A stretch of 64,000 nt of DNA from an uncultured archaeon (GTDB taxonomy: Archaea > Asgardarchaeota > Thorarchaeia > Thorarchaeales > Thorarchaeaceae), in the NCBI GenBank assembly GCA_964558645.1, contig CAZLEV010000009.1:27568-91567 (forward strand), in the 5' to 3' direction. Shown here one piece after another: positions 57,475 through 64,000 of this stretch. Made by a program: the position numbers and the translations under genes. The notes beneath the pieces were generated by a model. It was not told where the DNA came from. It ran no database searches and saw nothing but the letters and a program-made list of their open reading frames with translations. Within the stretch, counting starts at the first letter, position 1; every line of letters begins with the position of its first letter.

Positions 57475-58299
57475 CTAGTCACTGACGCTATGCTTCTCCT
57501 CAGAGCGGACTAGTCCTACTTCAACCGGTTGCGCCTTTCGGGGTATTATCTTGCCATTGACCCAGATGGAGTTCGGGGGAATCACTTTGTCTTTCGGAAC
57601 TGTAGAGTTTGCCGCAATAATCACATCATCTCCAATCTGGGCACCGGGAAGAACCACTGCATTGGCACCAATCAATACACGATCACCGATGGTGACTTCT
57701 TTGAGATAGAGGCCGCGCCCCTCATAGACATGCCCAGACACTATCGCGTCATAACCGAAGAAGCAATCGTCACCTATCACAGTTCGTTCCGGATTGAAGA
57801 GCCGACCGTTTCCAACAATTGTGTTCGATCCTATCTTTGCACCAAATAGGATGTGTCGCGGCTTGGTATCCAAAAAGACTGTGAAGAACCATGCGAAGTA
57901 GGGAAACAGTACATAGTATACCTCGTAGAGCTCATAGAGCAACCACTCCTCGGTTTCTATGGGGTAGAATCCGTCAGGAAGGTCGGGTATGAGTCGACGA
58001 GAGAGCTTGAACAGAGCTAGGGTGAATCCTAAGAATAACGAATATGATATGAGCGCGATCGGAACAAAGAGCAGCAAGAACCAAAATCGTTCATAAACAA
58101 ACGTTGGCAGGAATGTACCTAGAAGCAGCTCGGCGTAGATAGGAAGGTCAGAAAAAATCCAACCAATTTCTCGAACCCAGACATCTATGTTGTTGTACAT
58201 GGCAAAGAGGAAGAAGAGTCCGGGGATAGATGCTAGTGTAAGACTGAGAAATACGGATAGCACCATGTAAGCGGAATATGCAATAGATCGTGGTTTCAT
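57475..58299 (-). CDS. Membrane-bound hexapeptide-repeat acyltransferase
   Basis: N-terminal TM helices, then LFGAKIG, IGDDCFFG, GH, VTIGDRVLIGANAVVLPGAQIGD. Confidence 0.8.
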   Translation of the reverse strand: MKPRSIAYSAYMVLSVFLSLTLASIPGLFFLFAMYNNIDVWVREIGWIFSDLPIYAELLLGTFLPTFVYERFWFLLLFVPIALISYSLFLGFTLALFKLSRRLIPDLPDGFYPIETEEWLLYELYEVYYVLFPYFAWFFTVFLDTKPRHILFGAKIGSNTIVGNGRLFNPERTVIGDDCFFGYDAIVSGHVYEGRGLYLKEVTIGDRVLIGANAVVLPGAQIGDDVIIAANSTVPKDKVIPPNSIWVNGKIIPRKAQPVEVGLVRSEEKHSVSD

Positions 58300-58496
58300 T
58301 CGAAGACAGCTCTAGGTATGGTAGTGTTGTGGGGAGATATGGACCTTTTAAGATATGCTGCATGATACATTGAATCCTAACAATAGAGTTCAAGACGGTA
58401 AGATAGCTGCATGAGATATCCCATGAGGGCTGCTCAGACCTGCTAAGCTGGGAGGATAAATATATAGAGGGTGTCCAATGTGCCCCCACATCCTGA

Positions 58497-59747
58497 ATGA
58501 GCGTAAAGGTGCCTATGATGGTTCATGATGTAGTAATTGTTGGTACAGGTCCTGCAGGACTGATGACGGCGGAGCAGTCCGCAGCGAAGGGACTAGACAC
58601 ACTTGTTCTAGAGAAGAGGAAGAGAGTGACCGATTCGCTCATGGGGGAACTCGTGACTGACAAGGCCCTCAGAATGCTAAGGGTGAAACCGACCTCCGAG
58701 TATGTCGGAAACAAGTTCACAGCCATAATAGGAGAGAGTCTTGATACAGGGGCCAACATCGTCGTTGACAGAACCCTGCTTGGAAACTCCTATCTCTTAG
58801 ATGAGGACCGCTGTCAGGAATTGATGCGAGATAGAGCTCTTTCAGACGGAGCTGAATTCCGCTACAATAGCCGTGTTGATTCGGTGAACACGGAGAATGG
58901 CACAGTCGTCGGCGTCAGATATAACAAGACTGAGACTGCAAGAGCGGGCCTCACTGTCGGCGCAGACGGATCCTTCAGTAGGGTGTCAGCGACAGCCGGT
59001 TTTACGCACCCAAAGTGGCTTTTGAGCTACGGATATCGTTACAAACTCGCTAATTGCAAGAATGTTGACCCTGGAACGGCGTATTTCTACGTGGGAGAAG
59101 ATGTGGGCCTTGGCTATCTCTGGCTCTATCCTCGAAGTGAAACAGAGGTCAATCTCGGCATAGGAAGAGTGCCTTCCTCGGTTGAGAACTGGAATAAGCT
59201 GATGCCGATGAGAAACGTACTGGACAAATATATGCGGGAACACGAAGAAACTCGCAATGCAAAGATTGTTTCTGTGAACGGCGGAGTTGTGCCATGTGCA
59301 GGAATAATCCCAAGATTCACTGATGCGGGCGTTTCATTATGCGGTAACTCAGCAGGCCAAGTTAGTAGTATTGTTGGCGGCGGGGTTACAACTTGTCTTC
59401 ACGCAGGGAGAATGCTATCACAGCATGCAAGACGGATGACGGACAAGTCGGACTACTCCGCAAAAAGCGTCAAGCAATACGAGAAAGAGTATCGAAACAG
59501 CAAACTTGCATACAACATCACTCAGACTGGAAAGGGAATGTATGCTGTGGCCAAATACGCCATGTTCAATGATCCCATCGATGCAGCAGAGATCGTATTG
59601 GAGGAGTTGGATGCTAGGACACTCAACGAGTTGATACAGGGTACTGCAGGAATTCCTACATACATGAGCCTGTTCAGCAATTTTCTCCCGATGGTAATCA
59701 GAATCGGGGTTGGATACCTGAAGGCAATCGCAGTGAGCGGACCATAG
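58497..59747 (+). CDS. Geranylgeranyl reductase family flavoprotein
   Basis: DVVIVGTGPAG, GADG..S, GYLWLYP, GNSAGQV...GGG. Confidence 0.8.
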   Translation: MSVKVPMMVHDVVIVGTGPAGLMTAEQSAAKGLDTLVLEKRKRVTDSLMGELVTDKALRMLRVKPTSEYVGNKFTAIIGESLDTGANIVVDRTLLGNSYLLDEDRCQELMRDRALSDGAEFRYNSRVDSVNTENGTVVGVRYNKTETARAGLTVGADGSFSRVSATAGFTHPKWLLSYGYRYKLANCKNVDPGTAYFYVGEDVGLGYLWLYPRSETEVNLGIGRVPSSVENWNKLMPMRNVLDKYMREHEETRNAKIVSVNGGVVPCAGIIPRFTDAGVSLCGNSAGQVSSIVGGGVTTCLHAGRMLSQHARRMTDKSDYSAKSVKQYEKEYRNSKLAYNITQTGKGMYAVAKYAMFNDPIDAAEIVLEELDARTLNELIQGTAGIPTYMSLFSNFLPMVIRIGVGYLKAIAVSGP

Positions 59748-59754
59748 GACGAAC

Positions 59755-59885
59755 AAAAAAAGAAAGAGGCGAGAGAGGGTCGCCCCCCTTCCCGGCCTCG
59801 GGTCAGTAGAACACCTCTGTACCATACCCAGATGGTATCCGCGTCTTTCGATTTCACAAGCGAAAGATTCTGCGCGTTACCGCAA
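59755..59885 (-). ncRNA. Candidate small RNA with its own TATA box and terminator
   Basis: Minus-strand TTTATAAT near 59905-59912, two stems, then a GC hairpin and T-tract ending near 59755. Confidence 0.3.
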
Positions 59886-59963
59886 CGAGTGCAATGGCAC
59901 GAATATTATAAAGACATTGCTGTTTTGGATATTCACAAAGTTATAATGTGTTGATAGACAACC

Positions 59964-61025
59964 GTGTCTTTGAGAGAAAATGGTGATGGCATGGAGTTAG
60001 AACGGGAGACTACAGAAAAGTTGAACCGCCTTGGTCTCAAGACAAGCACGGATTCAGAGTCCAGGAGTGTATCTCTACTCAGAACCATGCTCCGGCTCCA
60101 GAGTGAAACAAAGGAGCCCATGGAGTTTGCAGAGATTTACGACGCAGTAATTCACGAGGAGGGAATGGAACTCAGCAAGACATGGGTTCACCGACTATTG
60201 AAGGGGCTTACCGACTCCGAGCTGGTGCGCACCGAGGGAGATAGAAAATACCGTAAGCGATTCATAGCAGACATCACGACCTTAGTAAGAGGATTAGAGC
60301 AACTAAGAACTCAGAGAATAGAGGAAATCCAAACTGAAGTTCAACAGCTTGAAGAAGAGACAAAACGAGTTCAGGAGATTGACTGTGGACAGTTGGCTCA
60401 AGAGATTGTTGCCAGTATTACAGGGAGAGAGGAGGTACCACGTGCAAGGTTCATCCAAGGCATAGAAGAGCTTGACCATGTCTTGAGGTACGAAATAACA
60501 GACATTGCTCAGGAGGGCGACGTGATCAGAGCCACGGTGATGCATGGACGGGCTTTCTTAGAAGGGGGAATCCAACGCACCTACAAGTTTGTCAGAGCAG
60601 CTGAAAGAGGGGCAGAGATTAGATACATGTTTCGACCAGAGTTTTTTGCCATGGATGAGGAGCTTGTTGAGAAAATGGGGCAGGAGGGGATCGCAATGTT
60701 CATCGATGAGATGATCCGAATGGGGATGGAAGGTATTCGCTTTCTGGTGAGAGTAAGTAGAGAGCCAAAGACCTACAACCAAGTTGCATTGAATGCAGAG
60801 AAGCTTGCGTTGATAATCACAGAAGAGCCGCTCAATGCCACTCTTTTGACCAGAGAGTTCAATCCAGACCTCGTCCAAAGTGCTATCGAGAACTTCGACA
60901 CGGCGTGGGAGAGAGCCTTTTCCGTAAATGGATTCTCCAAAGAGCAGTTCGAGATGATTCTGGAGAGAGGCCCCAACTTCATACTTGAAGCAATGAGTAG
61001 AATAGAAGACAGAGAGACAGAGTGA
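59964..61025 (+). CDS. TrmB-like regulator 1
   Basis: wHTH (LSKTWVHRLLKGL..ELV), coiled coil, C-terminal effector/PLD-like domain ending FD..WE.A. Confidence 0.65.
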   Translation: MSLRENGDGMELERETTEKLNRLGLKTSTDSESRSVSLLRTMLRLQSETKEPMEFAEIYDAVIHEEGMELSKTWVHRLLKGLTDSELVRTEGDRKYRKRFIADITTLVRGLEQLRTQRIEEIQTEVQQLEEETKRVQEIDCGQLAQEIVASITGREEVPRARFIQGIEELDHVLRYEITDIAQEGDVIRATVMHGRAFLEGGIQRTYKFVRAAERGAEIRYMFRPEFFAMDEELVEKMGQEGIAMFIDEMIRMGMEGIRFLVRVSREPKTYNQVALNAEKLALIITEEPLNATLLTREFNPDLVQSAIENFDTAWERAFSVNGFSKEQFEMILERGPNFILEAMSRIEDRETE

Positions 61026-61963
61026 GGGATATGGATTCGCAGTTGGCTCAGATCATCCTTGAGGTCATAGGATTCGGTGGAGATGAAAACAAGACCAAGG
61101 TGCTCGCAGCAATTGTGAAATCAAGAACTCATTCAAGGGACTGGGTTTCTTTCAAGGATCTCTATGCCCAGCTGCTCCTTGAGAAAGGCTCAACCCATGT
61201 TGCTGAACCACTTGTGTACAGGGCCTTATCAGATTTGGAAGAGGAGGGATATATCTCCGTTGACAGGTCAGGCTACAGGCATGGTTACCAATCCAACCTA
61301 TCACAAATCACATCAGCTCTGAGGACAAAGATCATCACAACCAAGAAAAGCATCCGTGATAAGATAAAACATCTTTCAAGGGACCTCGAGGTTATTAACG
61401 ACCTTGAAAACAGCCCTCCGACCCAGATTCTCTTGGAATCCGTAACCGAAGCCAGACTAGAAGAGAGAACGGAGTACGTGACCGGCATCGACACTGTAAG
61501 AAGCCTGATTGATGAGAAGATCTATGCACGGGCACGAAAAGGCGATATTGTACGTATATCCACCAGCTGGACCCGCTCACACTGGTCGCAGGCCGAACAG
61601 CGGTTCTCACGTCTTGGCTTACTTGCACGACGCGAAGCTGTCATCCGTGTTCTGACCTCAAAGCAATGGGTAGTACCTGGTACAACCGGTGAGGCTCTCA
61701 AGAAATACTATGAGGAACTCAAGGATGTTTCAACGCAGATTGAAGTCAGACGCCGTACTAGTGAGAAGGCCATCTATCAGATGGTGGCGCGCAATGTTGA
61801 CGAGATGGTGCTGATTGTTTCGGAAAACCCAGTTTCGGCCATATTCATACCCAGAAACGCCAACCCCATGCTTATTGACAGCTCCGTGAGAGCATTCGAC
61901 AATGAATTCAGCAAGGGAGTAAACATCATTGAAGAAGATCTTTGGAGGGAGATAGAGCAGTGA
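61022..61963 (+). CDS. TrmB-like regulator 2
   Basis: VYRALSDLEEEGYI wHTH; same architecture; overlaps both neighbours by GTGA. Confidence 0.65.
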   Translation: MRDMDSQLAQIILEVIGFGGDENKTKVLAAIVKSRTHSRDWVSFKDLYAQLLLEKGSTHVAEPLVYRALSDLEEEGYISVDRSGYRHGYQSNLSQITSALRTKIITTKKSIRDKIKHLSRDLEVINDLENSPPTQILLESVTEARLEERTEYVTGIDTVRSLIDEKIYARARKGDIVRISTSWTRSHWSQAEQRFSRLGLLARREAVIRVLTSKQWVVPGTTGEALKKYYEELKDVSTQIEVRRRTSEKAIYQMVARNVDEMVLIVSENPVSAIFIPRNANPMLIDSSVRAFDNEFSKGVNIIEEDLWREIEQ

Positions 61964-62907
61964 GTTTCTCACCAAGTGAGATCTTCGATGTCCTTGATGT
62001 GGATGTGGAAGGCAGTGAGATGCAGGTTTTGAAGACCGTAATCGAGCTATCAGAAACTGGAACGAAGAACCTGACTGCGAACAGCATCCATGATGAGTTT
62101 GTCAGGAAGAGGGGGGGAGAGGTATCAGTATCATGGATCTACAAGTGCCTCAAGAGCCTAGAAAAGGATGGCCTTATCCTCGTTGATTCAATGCGCCGCC
62201 CCCATCACTATGACACCTCACCTGGCGTACTAAGGAACGCGGTACTGGATAGACTGAAGACAATCAAGCAGCGCAAACGGGCAGATCTTGACCGGCAGAA
62301 AGAGTATCTTAGCATCTTGGACTCTGTCGATGTTGACGAACTAGCGCTCCACGTACTTGAACAGGTTCTTGGTGCACGGACGACAGTTCAGGAACGGGTG
62401 GTGGAAGGAAGCGAAGCAGTTAAGCACGTGATGATTAAGGAACTGTTTTCCAAGGGCGGTAAGGGAGATGTTCTGAGAACGATACAGCCTCTCGCAAGCA
62501 TTCAGAATCGGAATACGGTTTTTGGGTCATTCGAGGGGAGGATACTGGAAGCAATGACACAAGGACTTCAAGTGAAAGCGTTGATTGTGCCCCCCGAAGC
62601 GGACACCAATGTAATCCGTATTATGAACGATTATCTTGGCAGTCATAAAGACAGAGTTGGCACTCTGGTCGAATCAGGCCGATTGGAACTACGCTTGCTT
62701 CCTAGACATAGGAATACATACCGCATGATGTGCCTGAACAGACAAACAATGCTTCTCTTCATCTCTGAGCTCTATCTGCCAGATACAGCAGCAGTCTTCT
62801 CTGAAAATGACTCGTACCCGATTATCTCTGACGCGCTAAATCTCTTCTCTGAACTGTGGGAGGAAGCACAAGATATGGGACACATTCTTGTCGAGAATAT
62901 GCGCTAG
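61960..62907 (+). CDS. TrmB-like regulator 3
   Basis: WIYKCLKSLEKDGLI..RP..Y wHTH; C-terminal F.ELWEEA. Confidence 0.65.
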   Translation: MSFSPSEIFDVLDVDVEGSEMQVLKTVIELSETGTKNLTANSIHDEFVRKRGGEVSVSWIYKCLKSLEKDGLILVDSMRRPHHYDTSPGVLRNAVLDRLKTIKQRKRADLDRQKEYLSILDSVDVDELALHVLEQVLGARTTVQERVVEGSEAVKHVMIKELFSKGGKGDVLRTIQPLASIQNRNTVFGSFEGRILEAMTQGLQVKALIVPPEADTNVIRIMNDYLGSHKDRVGTLVESGRLELRLLPRHRNTYRMMCLNRQTMLLFISELYLPDTAAVFSENDSYPIISDALNLFSELWEEAQDMGHILVENMR

Positions 62908-62937
62908 AGGCACAACAGGACAGCCCGCACAATCAAT

Positions 62938-63996
62938 CTAGACTATCCAGTCTTTGTTCTGGCTCAACTTGAGGAAGATATCGTCACAGGCCGCATCAAA
63001 ATCACTGTACATCCCGTATTCTCCCCCTGCGGCATAAGGATGCCCACCACCATTAAAGATTCTCGCAGCCTCGTTGCAGAGGACGGTTTCTCTTCCTCTT
63101 CTAAAACCAAGCATTCCTCCAGGACTCAGCGTTATGAAGAGGTCTGCTACACGAAGACTCTGACCTTCCAACCTGAGATTGTCCTCATGCGTCACGAAGG
63201 TGCCCATGTCAGTCGTTGTCACACCGCTTGGAATCTCAACAATTCTAACAATTCGACCATCTATCTCGTGGTCAACGTGATGAGATAAGGCCTTTCTCAT
63301 TCTCTTGGACTTGTCACGCCTGTAGCTCTTGACTCGCTGTTCGAGGACACGGTCTTTGAACCTGCTTAGTTTCTCATCCCAGATCCGTTCAATGCCCCCC
63401 TCGGCCAGCTTCTCCACAAGTGGATAGAGTGCTTCAGTGATGTCCTTCTTCCGGTCGATCGCATTGAACCGGATAATAGACACTGCATCTGTCAGACTGC
63501 TAGCAACGTCAATCTCTCGGAGATTGAAGTCGGTATCATGTGCGATTCTCGCCAGCTCTTCGCAGATCGCATCACGTGGCATAAGGACTTTGTAGGCAAT
63601 CTCAGCTGCACAATAGTCGTGATTAATCCTAAGGATGGGCTTATTGTCCAGCGACAGGACTCCCGATATCGCTGCATCCGGCCAGAAATGATGATCTAAC
63701 CATACCACTCGACAACCCTGAGAGACCGCACTTCTCAAGCTTGGCAGCACCAAGGCCAACGCCTCTTCGTCCATTCCTAGATCAGTCACGACAATAAGAG
63801 TATTCCTCAATCGGGACACGTCTCTAAACGCTTGGTCAAAGCCGCCATAGTCTGTGAGAGCCAGACTGTGACGGATATCCTTCTGCATGGCGTACCGCTT
63901 TACGATGGCTGCAGCATTTATCCCATCAACATCTTTGTCATGAGATATGGAATGCAATGCATTAACCTTGTTCTTGGGTGAGGCGTCTGGGTTCAT
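62938..63996 (-). CDS. DHH/DHHA1 phosphoesterase
   Basis: SHDKDVDG, VTDLG, WLDHH, GGGHPYAAG. Confidence 0.88.
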   Translation of the reverse strand: MNPDASPKNKVNALHSISHDKDVDGINAAAIVKRYAMQKDIRHSLALTDYGGFDQAFRDVSRLRNTLIVVTDLGMDEEALALVLPSLRSAVSQGCRVVWLDHHFWPDAAISGVLSLDNKPILRINHDYCAAEIAYKVLMPRDAICEELARIAHDTDFNLREIDVASSLTDAVSIIRFNAIDRKKDITEALYPLVEKLAEGGIERIWDEKLSRFKDRVLEQRVKSYRRDKSKRMRKALSHHVDHEIDGRIVRIVEIPSGVTTTDMGTFVTHEDNLRLEGQSLRVADLFITLSPGGMLGFRRGRETVLCNEAARIFNGGGHPYAAGGEYGMYSDFDAACDDIFLKLSQNKDWIV

Positions 63997-64000
63997 GATG

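Noticed and set aside
59820-59885. Loose resemblance to a c-di-GMP-I riboswitch (GCAGAA..stem..GACGC)
   Set aside because: Lacks the GNRA/receptor and GCAAA consensus, and no downstream gene lies on that strand. Kept only as a generic sRNA candidate.
1-64000. CRISPR arrays, tRNA/rRNA genes, IS elements, integrases, defence systems
   Set aside because: No regularly spaced repeats, cloverleaf-like sequences, or transposase/integrase motifs were seen by eye. Short RNAs could have been missed.

Overview
Gene-dense archaeal chromosomal window, most likely from an Asgard archaeon (Thorarchaeota-like). This is inferred from a single-domain gelsolin, a longin-like protein, FwdDBA, split acyl-CoA mutases and TrmB-like regulators. 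From left to right it contains: a partial birA; a B12-dependent acyl-CoA region (mce, methylmalonyl-CoA mutase large and small subunits, meaB, a second large subunit with isobutyryl-CoA-mutase-type residues, cobO, a two-subunit CoA-transferase, and an FAD oxidoreductase/HdrD-like pair); fwdDBA; 2-oxoacid/acetoin dehydrogenase E1a/E1b/E2 genes split by a MASE3 histidine kinase; a divergent carotenoid/quinone island (fixX-fixC-crtI-crtB on the minus strand, crtD-lyeJ-cruF-polyprenyl synthase-menA on the plus strand); an acyl-carrier-protein locus (ACP, FkbH, AcpS, a degenerate SF2 helicase, two hexapeptide acyltransferases and a polysaccharide deacetylase); a GGR-family reductase; three tandem TrmB-like genes; and a DHH phosphoesterase. 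The best candidates for undescribed systems are the FkbH/ACP/AcpS glyceryl-carrier module and the C50 carotenoid cluster linked to FixCX and MenA. I saw no rRNA, tRNA, CRISPR array or transposase. All calls come from motif recognition by eye; no database searches were run.
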